Source: Gemmatimonadota bacterium
Lineage (GTDB): Bacteria; Gemmatimonadota; Gemmatimonadetes; Longimicrobiales; Gaopeijiaceae
Direction: 5' to 3'
NCBI GenBank assembly: GCA_028873595.1
Contig: JAPPOV010000002.1
Span: forward strand, 40,378-104,377
Length of the DNA stretch: 64,000 nucleotides
This document shows positions 8,634 to 16,798 of this stretch, one piece after another (the stretch's first letter is position 1; each line of letters begins with the position of its first letter). A program made the position numbers and the translations under genes. The notes below the pieces were generated by a model, which saw only the letters and a list, made by a program, of their open reading frames with translations, did not search any database and had not been told where the DNA came from.

Positions 8634-10085
8634 TTAGTGATACGCCCTCCTCGACTTCCAGAGCTCGGGGTGGAAGAGAAGCAGCACCGTATAGATCTCC
8701 AGTCGTCCGACGAGCATGAGGAAGGTCAGGACACCAAGCCCGGGGCCTGACATCCAGCCATAGTTGTCGGTTGGACCAAGGCCGGCAAAGGCCGGTCCGA
8801 CATTTCCCACGGAGGCGATGCTTCCACCGATCGCCGTGAGCGGATCGATCCCGGTCAAAGCGAGGGCGAGAGCACCCGCGAGGCAAAGCAGGAGGTACAG
8901 CATGACGAAGCCCACCACGCGTGCGCCGACGTCTTCCTTGATCGGCCTGCCCCCGACTCGTGCGACGAGTATGGCGCGAGGGTGTAGATGCTTCCGTAGC
9001 TCGTTTGCGGTCTGCTTGAGCAGGAGCATCACTCGGAGAGCCTTCACCCCACCACTCGTGCTTCCGGCCATACCCCCTACGAAGAAGAGAGCGAAGAGCA
9101 CCATCCGTGCTCCCGGGACCCAGAGTTCGTAGTCGGCCGACACATATCCCGTCGTGGTGGTGATTGCCAGTACCTGAAAAAGCCCGTGCCGCAGGACCTC
9201 TTCCCCAGCCGCGTCCCCAGCCATGAAGTTCAGAAGCGACACGGCTCCGGCGGCGCCGACCAGGACGGCGGTGAAGAACTTCCATTCTTCGTCACGGAGG
9301 TATTGCACATCTCCAGTCACGGCACGGAAGTGCAGCGCATAGTTCACCCCGGCGAGGTACATGAAGATGATCGTCACCCACTGGATGAAGGGCGACATCT
9401 CGGCCATCGAGGTGTTCTTCGTCGAGAACCCCCCGGTGGCAAGCGTCGAAAAGGCGTGGTTGATCGCGTCGAAGGGGCCCATCCCCCCGATCAGGTAGAG
9501 TGCCGCCAGAATCGCCGTCAGGCCGAAGTAGACGAGCCAGAGAAGCTTGGCGGTCTGGGTGATCCGGGGGCGTAGCCGTTGCGGGGTCGGTCCGGGAACT
9601 TCGGCGCGGAAGAGCTGCATGCCGCCCACACCGAGGTACGGCAAGACAGCGATCACCAGGACGATGATGCCCATTCCGCCGATCCAATGCGTCATGGATC
9701 TCCAGAGCAGTATGCCGTGAGGCAGGGCTTCGATGTCGGAGAAGACGGTCGCTCCTGTGGTCGTGAAGCCCGACATCGCCTCGAAGACTGCGCGCACCGG
9801 AGAATCGAGGACACCGCTGAGAAGGTACGGCAGGCTCCCGAACACCGCTGTGGCCGACCACGCCATCGTGACGATCGCGAACCCTTCGCGTGTGGTGACG
9901 TCCTCGTCGAACCGTGTGGCGATGTAGACTCCCCAGCCGATCACGAAGGTGACGGCTCCCGCCTGGAAGAAGGCCGTGGCATACCCGTCTCCGTAGAGCG
10001 CGGCGACCAGACCGGTCACGAACATCGAGAGGGCCACGAAGACCTGAAGCAGCCCGACGACGTTGGCGACTTTGGAGAGGGACAT
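8634..10085 (-). CDS. trkH: Potassium uptake protein TrkH
   Basis: The product is a 483 aa polytopic membrane protein with repeated pore-loop-like motifs (SGFTTTGATV, LATGGFST, TTTTGYVSAD, GSTSGGVK). It shares 1 nt with the trkA stop. Confidence 0.9.
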   Translation of the reverse strand: MSLSKVANVVGLLQVFVALSMFVTGLVAALYGDGYATAFFQAGAVTFVIGWGVYIATRFDEDVTTREGFAIVTMAWSATAVFGSLPYLLSGVLDSPVRAVFEAMSGFTTTGATVFSDIEALPHGILLWRSMTHWIGGMGIIVLVIAVLPYLGVGGMQLFRAEVPGPTPQRLRPRITQTAKLLWLVYFGLTAILAALYLIGGMGPFDAINHAFSTLATGGFSTKNTSMAEMSPFIQWVTIIFMYLAGVNYALHFRAVTGDVQYLRDEEWKFFTAVLVGAAGAVSLLNFMAGDAAGEEVLRHGLFQVLAITTTTGYVSADYELWVPGARMVLFALFFVGGMAGSTSGGVKALRVMLLLKQTANELRKHLHPRAILVARVGGRPIKEDVGARVVGFVMLYLLLCLAGALALALTGIDPLTAIGGSIASVGNVGPAFAGLGPTDNYGWMSGPGLGVLTFLMLVGRLEIYTVLLLFHPELWKSRRAYH

Positions 10086-11434
10086 CAGTCGAACAACGCC
10101 TCGATGGCTGGAATCGCATCGGGCGTTGCGAAGACGATCACGTCATCCCCCGGGTGGAGGACGTCTTGCCCGCGTGGCAGGACGATCTCGTCCCCACGGA
10201 GGATGGTTCCCACCACGCCGTTCTTGGGGAAGTCGACGTCCCGTAGCGCTTGTCCCGCGATCCTCGACTGCTGGCTCACGACGAACTCGATGGCCTCAGC
10301 CTCGATACCGGACAGCGTGGCGACGGTCATGACGCGGCCACGGCGGACACGGCGAAGGATGGCGTTTACGGTGGACATGCGCGGGGAGAGACTCGAATCC
10401 ACACCCACCGCGGGCACCAGCTTCAGGTATTGGAATTTGTGGACCAGACTGAGGGTCTTTCGGGCGCCGGCCTGTTTGGCGAGGAGGCTGGACAGAAGAT
10501 TGGTCTCGTCACTACCGGTCGAAGAGACGAAAGCGTCGCTTCCGCTCACGCCCTCCATCTCGAGAAGTTCGAGATCTGTCGCATCGGCGTGCAAAACCAG
10601 TGACTTCGGGAGCTTTTCCGCGAGCTCCAGGCACCGCCGGCGATTCCGGTCAAGAATCGTACATTCGATTCCGTTTTGCTCCAGAAGCTCGGCGATGTAC
10701 TGCCCCTCGAGGCTCCCGCCGGCGATCATCACCCGACGAAGCTCGAAACGGTCGTAGCCTGCAAGGGGAGGGACCTGATCGATCTCGGACGTCGGAGCGA
10801 GGAGGTAGATTCGATCTCCGGCCTCAATCGTCGTCTCGGCCCTCGGGAAAATCGTGGCGCCGTCGCGTACGATCGCTGCGGTGACGTAGTGATATCCACC
10901 CGGAAGGAACTCAGAGCGAAGGGTCCGGATGGTCTTTCCGGCCACGGGGGCACCGTCGAGAACCTTGAGGCCCACGAGTTGTACGCGGCCACCTGCGAAT
11001 TCTGCGCCTTCTGTGAAGGCTGCGCTCTGGAGGAGCCGGCACGCTTCCCGAGCGCATTCTCGCTCGGGATTCACCATCAGATCGATCCCCACCTGGTCAC
11101 TGGAGAGGACGGAGTCAGCCTCGTAATAGTCCGGGTTGGAGATACGGGCGACGGTGTACGGTACACCCATCTTCTTCGCGGCCAGGCAGGCGATCAGGTT
11201 CACTTCGTCTGCGCTGGTAACGGCGAGGATCATCTGCGCGTCGCGGACGGAGGCCCGCTCGAGCACTGAGATCGAGGCGCCGTTGCCGACGATGGTCTGG
11301 ACGTCGAGCTGCTGAGCCGCCGTTTCCGCGCGCTCCGGGTCGTCCTCGATGATGACGACGTCCTGGTGCTCCTCGGAGAGTCGTTGAGCCAGGTGGAAGC
11401 CGACTTCGCCGGCACCGACGACGAGCACTCTCAT
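10085..11434 (-). CDS. trkA: Potassium uptake NAD-binding protein TrkA (two RCK units)
   Basis: MRVLVVGAGEVGFHLAQRL is a Rossmann GxGxxG motif, and a second one occurs at RVMIAGGSLEGQYIAELL. The product is 449 aa. Confidence 0.9.
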   Translation of the reverse strand: MRVLVVGAGEVGFHLAQRLSEEHQDVVIIEDDPERAETAAQQLDVQTIVGNGASISVLERASVRDAQMILAVTSADEVNLIACLAAKKMGVPYTVARISNPDYYEADSVLSSDQVGIDLMVNPERECAREACRLLQSAAFTEGAEFAGGRVQLVGLKVLDGAPVAGKTIRTLRSEFLPGGYHYVTAAIVRDGATIFPRAETTIEAGDRIYLLAPTSEIDQVPPLAGYDRFELRRVMIAGGSLEGQYIAELLEQNGIECTILDRNRRRCLELAEKLPKSLVLHADATDLELLEMEGVSGSDAFVSSTGSDETNLLSSLLAKQAGARKTLSLVHKFQYLKLVPAVGVDSSLSPRMSTVNAILRRVRRGRVMTVATLSGIEAEAIEFVVSQQSRIAGQALRDVDFPKNGVVGTILRGDEIVLPRGQDVLHPGDDVIVFATPDAIPAIEALFD

Positions 11435-11578
11435 CGCGATACAGATTCCGTGAGTACGCCGGAAGTGGACGACGCAAAGCTAGCTCTCGCTTCCGTACAC
11501 CCATAGTGCACGACGACACGAAGGGTCACGCGGGTCCGCCTGACGAGCGACCGCGTAGGGCGCTATCTTTTCGGCTTC

Positions 11579-11652
11579 GGGCCCGTAGCTCAGTTGGTTA
11601 GAGCAGCCGACTCATAATCGGTAGGTCCCAGGTTCAAGTCCTGGCGGGCCCA
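11579..11652 (+). tRNA. tRNA with CAT anticodon; features favour tRNA-Ile2 (lysidine) over elongator Met
   Basis: I folded the cloverleaf by hand. Acceptor stem is GGGCCCG/CGGGCCC, D stem GCTC/GAGC, anticodon stem GCCGA/TCGGT, anticodon loop CT-CAT-AA, T arm CCAGG-TTCAAGT-CCTGG, discriminator A. No CCA is encoded. It is not an initiator: position 1:72 is paired and the anticodon stem has no GGG/CCC. Confidence 0.9.
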
Positions 11653-11799
11653 CTGAGTGGACAGACGTGGTGGGGCGCTCATCGTTGACCGGGCACTCCC
11701 CTGAGTGTCGTGCGGCAGCCGCTCGTCCATGCGGGCGGGATCGGTCGGATCCGGTGCGCCGTGCGGCTCCGTCCTGAGACGTGAACACTCCGGCTCCGG

Positions 11800-12174
11800 T
11801 CACTCGTGTCGTTCAGGTGGCTTTCGCAGCTTCTTCTTGACCCCGTGCCGCTTCTTGTCGTCCAGGCGCTTCTCCTTCGCTCGGCGAGGCATGCGAGTCC
11901 TGATGCGAGGCTTTGCCCGATCATTCATCGCCTCCAGGCGCTGGCGTAGTCGTCGAAGTGCCAGGGCCCGGTTTCGATGTTGACTGCGTTCATTGCGAGC
12001 CGTGACCCGGATACCAGTTGGCCGGTGCACCAGACGCACTCCGGACTCGGTCCGATTCTGATGCTGGCCACCTGGCCCGCCGGCTCGAAAGGTCTCCACG
12101 CGACATTCGGCCAGGAGCCCTTCGTCGCTCTCGGGGATCGGGATCAGCGCTGAGTGAGACATGGGGATCGGCAC
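11800..12174 (-). CDS. arfB: Alternative ribosome rescue factor ArfB (peptidyl-tRNA hydrolase, RF-1 domain)
   Basis: A GGQ motif occurs in [23 protein letters not shown]. The product is ~124 aa with a strongly basic C-terminal tail ([22 protein letters not shown]). Confidence 0.8.
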   Translation of the reverse strand: MPIPMSHSALIPIPESDEGLLAECRVETFRAGGPGGQHQNRTESGVRLVHRPTGIRVTARNERSQHRNRALALRRLRQRLEAMNDRAKPRIRTRMPRRAKEKRLDDKKRHGVKKKLRKPPERHE

Positions 12175-12229
12175 CCTGTGGCAAGATGACGTGTGAAGCT
12201 ATGGTACCGCTCGGGTTAACGCGCTAATC

Positions 12230-13327
12230 TTGAGCGGCTCGCTCGCACCTTCACCCTCTCGCATGACTCCCGACCGCACGGACACCCCGGGCGCGCAGGT
12301 TCTGTTCAGCCTCGCCTGTTTCGTCGTTATCGTGTTCGGGTTGCGCGCGGCGGCACCGATCCTTCTCCCGTCCGCGCTCGCGCTCTTTCTCGCAGTCCTC
12401 AGCTTCCCGGTCATGTTCTGGCTTCGAAGCCACAGGGTGCCGAAGGCTTCGGCCGTCATCATTCCGGTGCTGCTTAACGTCGCCGTGGTCGGTCTCCTGA
12501 TCATGGTTGCGTCACAGTCCATTTCACAGCTGCAGCGTGAACTGCCGACCTATCTGAACACGCTGACCCAGCTGCAGAACGACTGGATGCAGCAGATCGA
12601 AACCCGTACAGACCTGGCGCTCTCCGACTACCTCACCGTCGAGGTGATCGATCCGGGGGCCGTAATCGGATTTGCCAGGGGTGCGGTGGGACGGATCGCG
12701 CAACTTCTTTCGATGACCTTTCTCGTCTTCCTGATCATGGCCTTCATGCTCAGCGAAGCGACGGTATTTCCTGAGAAGTTTCGATTCTTGACGCAGGACT
12801 CGGGCATCGAGGATGATCGTCTCGCAAAGATCGTGTCGGAGGTGCAGACCTACCTTGGCATCAAGACGGTGATCTCTTTGACAACCGGTGTGATCCTCGG
12901 TAGCTGGGCGTACGCGATGGGTCTCGACTTTCCGGTCTTGTTGGGACTCGCGGCGTTTCTGCTGAATTACATCCCGACCGTGGGCTCGATCATCGCCGCG
13001 ATTCCTGCAGTTCTGCTCAGTGTCATCCTGTACGGAACGCTCGGCCATGCACTTCTCGTCACAGTCGGGTACGTGACGGTGAATACGGTCTTTGGAAATA
13101 TCATCGAGCCGAGCCTCATGGGCCGTCGACTCGGTTTGTCGACGCTCGTCGTGATGCTTTCGCTCCTTTTCTGGGGATGGGCGTGGGGGCCATTGGGTGC
13201 CCTGTTATCTGTGCCTCTGACCGTGATTGTGAAGATCTGGCTGGAGAACACGACCGATCTCCGGTGGGTCGCGATCCTCCTGGACAAGTCCGCGCCTCAA
13301 CCGAGCACGGCTGAAGCTGGGGACTAG
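12230..13327 (+). CDS. AI-2E family transporter (PerM/UPF0118)
   Basis: The product has about 8 TM helices and the characteristic LLNYIPTVGSIIAAIPAVLL segment. The start is TTG at 12230 or possibly ATG at 12262. Confidence 0.85.
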   Translation: MSGSLAPSPSRMTPDRTDTPGAQVLFSLACFVVIVFGLRAAAPILLPSALALFLAVLSFPVMFWLRSHRVPKASAVIIPVLLNVAVVGLLIMVASQSISQLQRELPTYLNTLTQLQNDWMQQIETRTDLALSDYLTVEVIDPGAVIGFARGAVGRIAQLLSMTFLVFLIMAFMLSEATVFPEKFRFLTQDSGIEDDRLAKIVSEVQTYLGIKTVISLTTGVILGSWAYAMGLDFPVLLGLAAFLLNYIPTVGSIIAAIPAVLLSVILYGTLGHALLVTVGYVTVNTVFGNIIEPSLMGRRLGLSTLVVMLSLLFWGWAWGPLGALLSVPLTVIVKIWLENTTDLRWVAILLDKSAPQPSTAEAGD

Positions 13328-13329
13328 CT

Positions 13330-13839
13330 GTGCCGCGGATTCCCTTCGAAGATCTGCCCGAACATGGCCGCCTCTGGATCTTTCCACTCAGCCGGAGCCT
13401 CTCGGATGCCGAGCGCACCACCGTGCTCGCTGAGGTCGACGCGTTCCTGGCGCAGTGGGCTGCGCACGGAGCGCCGCTTCAGTCGGGAAGGGAGCTCCGA
13501 GATGACCGCTTCCTGCTTGTAGGTGTGGACGAGCACCGAGAGGCGCCATCCGGTTGCTCCATCGATGCGCTCGTGAATCGGCTGAGAGCGATCGGTCGGG
13601 AGCTGGAGGTGTCCTTCATCGACCATGCGCCGGTCTGGTTCCGGGAGGAGGAGGGGGTGCGGACGGTGTCCCGACCCGGGTTCAAGAAACTTGCGGATGA
13701 GGGCAAGGTGTCGCGCGAGACGCACGTCTTCGATACGAGCCTGACACGGCTGTCCGATCTCCGCGGCGGCGCGTTCGAGCGTCCGGCGTCCGAGACGTGG
13801 CACGGGCGCGCCTTCTTCAGGGAACGTGCCTCGACCTGA
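13330..13839 (+). CDS. Conserved hypothetical protein
   Basis: Composition is protein-like (WIFPLSRSL...FLAQWAAHGAPL...FLLVGVDEHREAPSGCSIDAL). It starts at GTG 2 nt after the upstream stop. I cannot name the family securely. The 3' end overlaps the convergent hydrolase by 23 nt. Confidence 0.6.
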   Translation: MPRIPFEDLPEHGRLWIFPLSRSLSDAERTTVLAEVDAFLAQWAAHGAPLQSGRELRDDRFLLVGVDEHREAPSGCSIDALVNRLRAIGRELEVSFIDHAPVWFREEEGVRTVSRPGFKKLADEGKVSRETHVFDTSLTRLSDLRGGAFERPASETWHGRAFFRERAST

Positions 13840-14806
13840 GTGTGTCGAAGAAGAACTCCGCTATCTCGATTTCACCCCAGAAGCTCGGGGACCAGGGTGC
13901 TCCGCGGACGAATCCGACGTGACCGCCTCTCTGTGACAGACGGAGGCTCAGCGAGGGGTTGCCTTCGGCTTCTGCCCTGGGGATCGCTCCTGGCGGGAGA
14001 AAGGGGTCATCGATGGCGTGTACCATGAGGGTCGGAACCTGCACCGCAGAAAGGAATTCCCGACTCGAGCACTTCGTGTAGTAATCGGTGGCGTCCTCGA
14101 AGCCGTTCAAGGGCGCTGTGACGGCCTCATCGAAGTCCCAGATGGATCGAGCCTGGTCGACCTGTTCGAGGTCTAGGACCTCCGCCAGTCTCTCGCGTTT
14201 CCATGCGACCTTCCCCCGGAGTGATCGCATGAAGTACTCGCTGTACAGACGACCCATGCGGCTCTGTTGAAGGAGCCGACATCCGGCGGCCAGATCGTAC
14301 GGTACGGACATCACGGCTGCGGCATCGAGAAGGGAAGCGCCCCCGTCCTCGCGTTCTCCGAGTGCCTTCAGGAGGACGTTTCCACCAAGGGAGAAGCCCG
14401 CAGCGCCGACGGCGGAGGCCGGATGGCGGGTCCGAACCAGATCGACGATCTGGTTGAGGTCGCGGGTATCTCCGGAATGGTAGAACGAGAGCGCTCTGTT
14501 GGGTTCGCCCGAGCAGCCGCGAAAATTCACCGCCACGGTTCGCATGCCTCGGACATTCAGTTCGCGGCAGAGATTTCTCACGTACTTCCGTCTGGAGGAG
14601 CCCTCCAGCCCGTGCAGCACGATGACGACCGGAGCGTCGATGGTGGGTGCCGGGCTCCAGTCGACGTCGATGAAGTCTCCGTCCGGGGTCTCGACACGCT
14701 CACGTGTGACCGGGGAGGCGGCGGCCGGCCGCAGTAAACGGGCTGTCAGGGTCTGACTGTGAGGCCCGAGGGCCCACCATGGAGGCTCGAATGATGCGCG
14801 GGTCAT
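13817..14806 (-). CDS. Alpha/beta hydrolase (YheT-like)
   Basis: VIVLHGLEGSS and the nucleophile elbow GFSLGGN are present. I chose the internal ATG at 14806 (MTRASFEPPWW), which overlaps the tag stop as ATGA. The 63-codon upstream extension in the track lies inside tag. Confidence 0.85.
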   Translation of the reverse strand: MTRASFEPPWWALGPHSQTLTARLLRPAAASPVTRERVETPDGDFIDVDWSPAPTIDAPVVIVLHGLEGSSRRKYVRNLCRELNVRGMRTVAVNFRGCSGEPNRALSFYHSGDTRDLNQIVDLVRTRHPASAVGAAGFSLGGNVLLKALGEREDGGASLLDAAAVMSVPYDLAAGCRLLQQSRMGRLYSEYFMRSLRGKVAWKRERLAEVLDLEQVDQARSIWDFDEAVTAPLNGFEDATDYYTKCSSREFLSAVQVPTLMVHAIDDPFLPPGAIPRAEAEGNPSLSLRLSQRGGHVGFVRGAPWSPSFWGEIEIAEFFFDTLRSRHVP

Positions 14807-15420
14807 GACTGCATCCACGGAGGACTGAGGGCCATGATCGTGTCGTACACGGGGCAGGCGGGGTGATGTGCGCCCGGCAGGTACCCGGTGCTCATGAGGA
14901 ACTCGCCCGTGATTTCGCCACCGGTGAAGCGGAACGTCTTCTTGAACAACGCCACCCACGCCGGTTCTTCCAGCCGGCTGTGTACGTGGAGCCACTCGGC
15001 GAAGGATCCGAATTCGTCTCGCAACCGCAGGATCGCTCGCGCATTCGAGATCGCAGCGTCGACCTTGAGTCGATTCCGGATGATCCGTCTGTCGGCCAGA
15101 AGGCGTTCCCGGTCCTTCTGACCGTACCCAGCGACGCGCTCCACCGAAAACCCGTCGTACGCCGCGCGGAGGCCCTCTCTCTTCTTGAGGATCGTCAACC
15201 AGCTCAGCCCCGCCTGATTGATTTCGAGCAGGAGTCGCTCGAAGAGGGCGTCGTCGCCCCTCACGGGAAATCCATGCTCGCGGTCGTGGTACGGACCATG
15301 GAATTCGTGGCCCTGTGCGACGTGGCAGTAGCTCGACTCGGGGATCGCGTTCACGGCTCTCAGGCGGATCGTCGCAGGCTCATGAATGTAGAAGAAACCA
15401 TGCCTCCGACATTCGCGCAT
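14803..15420 (-). CDS. tag: DNA-3-methyladenine glycosylase I
   Basis: YHDREHGFPV, LFERLLLEINQAGLSWLTILKKR and C-terminal Zn-ligand-like H/C residues are present. Confidence 0.85.
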   Translation of the reverse strand: MRECRRHGFFYIHEPATIRLRAVNAIPESSYCHVAQGHEFHGPYHDREHGFPVRGDDALFERLLLEINQAGLSWLTILKKREGLRAAYDGFSVERVAGYGQKDRERLLADRRIIRNRLKVDAAISNARAILRLRDEFGSFAEWLHVHSRLEEPAWVALFKKTFRFTGGEITGEFLMSTGYLPGAHHPACPVYDTIMALSPPWMQS

Positions 15421-15538
15421 CGCCGGTGCACCTACACGTGATCTCGGGTGTGGATCCTGGACCCGGCCGAGTCGTGAAACGGGCTGCCGAGCGCTTCCGT
15501 AAGGCCGGGTGTGTTCGGTTCACGCGAACAGGAGTGAC

Positions 15539-16798
15539 ATGACAGGGCTGGGGATCGGGCTACTGGCGACGGCAATGATATTCTCGGGGTCTGTGGAGGC
15601 ACGGACGGCCCTGGATCCGGATCGCCTGTACGGACGGGTTCGTACGTCCGAGGGCGAAACGATCGAGGGGTATATGCGCTGGGGCCTCACTGAATCGCAC
15701 TGGGTCGATGTTCTCGATGCGTTCAAGCAGATTCCGCTCGAATGGGAACGTGAAGCCGAGAGCCTGGACCCGGAATACGCGGAGGAGAGGCGTCGGGCGC
15801 GTACCTTGGTCGCGTTCGGTATCCGACTTACGTGGGATGTCGACGACGATGAAGACCTCCGCCTGTCCGAATCCGGTATTCGGTTCATCCACGTACGCTC
15901 CGTCGTCCCGATCGATGCGCGTAGCGCCCTCGTGACACTGACTTCGGGTGAGGAGCTCACGCTGCGATCAGCGCCCTCGAACATCGGACGTACGATGCGC
16001 GCGGTGGAGGTCGAGGTCCCGGGCGCCGAGGTCATCGAAGTCCCATGGCAAGACCTGGAACGCGTCGACTTCATGGAGGCACCGGCTCGGGTCCCTGCGC
16101 CGTCTGACCAGCGCCTGTTCGGGACAGTCGAGACGTGGAGTAACGCAACGTTCACCGGTTTTGTATCGTGGGACCTCGACGAAATCTTCGACACCGACGT
16201 CCTCGACGGTCGCGAGCATGGGGTGGACCGCGAGATCCTCTTCGGGGACATCCGCCGGATCGAGTGGGCGTCGGATCGGTCTGCTCGCGTTTACCTGCGC
16301 AGGGGGGACGAGCTCGAGTTACGGGGAACGAACGACGTAGATCGCAACAACCGGGGTATCGAGATTTCCGATCCGCACTTTGGGCGTCTGACCGTACGGT
16401 GGAAGGACTTCAAGTCCATTGCATTCGAAACCCCGGCGCAACCGACCCCGCGTCCGTCATTTGAGCCCGGCAGCCCGATCTGGGGCGTGGTCATGGCCCG
16501 CGACGGGCGGGTGATCGAAGGTGAGATCCGATGGGGGAACAACAAGGCGCAGTGGTGGGAGTTCCTCGACGACTGGTCCGGCGATTTGGACTTCGACATC
16601 GAGTTCGGTGCCATCCAGGAGATTCGGAAGGCGACCGAACATCGCGTGGTGCTTCTGCTCCGCGACGGGCGCCGACTCGAAGTCGAGGGTACGGCTGAGG
16701 CGGAGGGTCGACACCGGGGGGTATTCGTGAAGCCGGAAGGCCGGGCCCGACGGCTCGTACGCTGGCGAGACGTCGACCGCGTGGTCTTCTCACGATGA
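15539..16798 (+). CDS. Secreted protein of unknown function made of three tandem ~110-150 aa repeats
   Basis: AGGAG lies 5 nt upstream of ATG 15539. The signal peptide is MTGLGIGLLATAMIFSGSVEA. Three mutually alignable modules are detailed in the findings. I recognise no known family. Confidence 0.65.
   Translation: MTGLGIGLLATAMIFSGSVEARTALDPDRLYGRVRTSEGETIEGYMRWGLTESHWVDVLDAFKQIPLEWEREAESLDPEYAEERRRARTLVAFGIRLTWDVDDDEDLRLSESGIRFIHVRSVVPIDARSALVTLTSGEELTLRSAPSNIGRTMRAVEVEVPGAEVIEVPWQDLERVDFMEAPARVPAPSDQRLFGTVETWSNATFTGFVSWDLDEIFDTDVLDGREHGVDREILFGDIRRIEWASDRSARVYLRRGDELELRGTNDVDRNNRGIEISDPHFGRLTVRWKDFKSIAFETPAQPTPRPSFEPGSPIWGVVMARDGRVIEGEIRWGNNKAQWWEFLDDWSGDLDFDIEFGAIQEIRKATEHRVVLLLRDGRRLEVEGTAEAEGRHRGVFVKPEGRARRLVRWRDVDRVVFSR

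Noticed and set aside
11500-12230. The tRNA gene as an integration hotspot or genomic-island boundary.
   Set aside because: There is no integrase, no direct repeat of the tRNA 3' end and no compositional shift downstream. The next genes are arfB and an AI-2E transporter, with the same GC and codon style.
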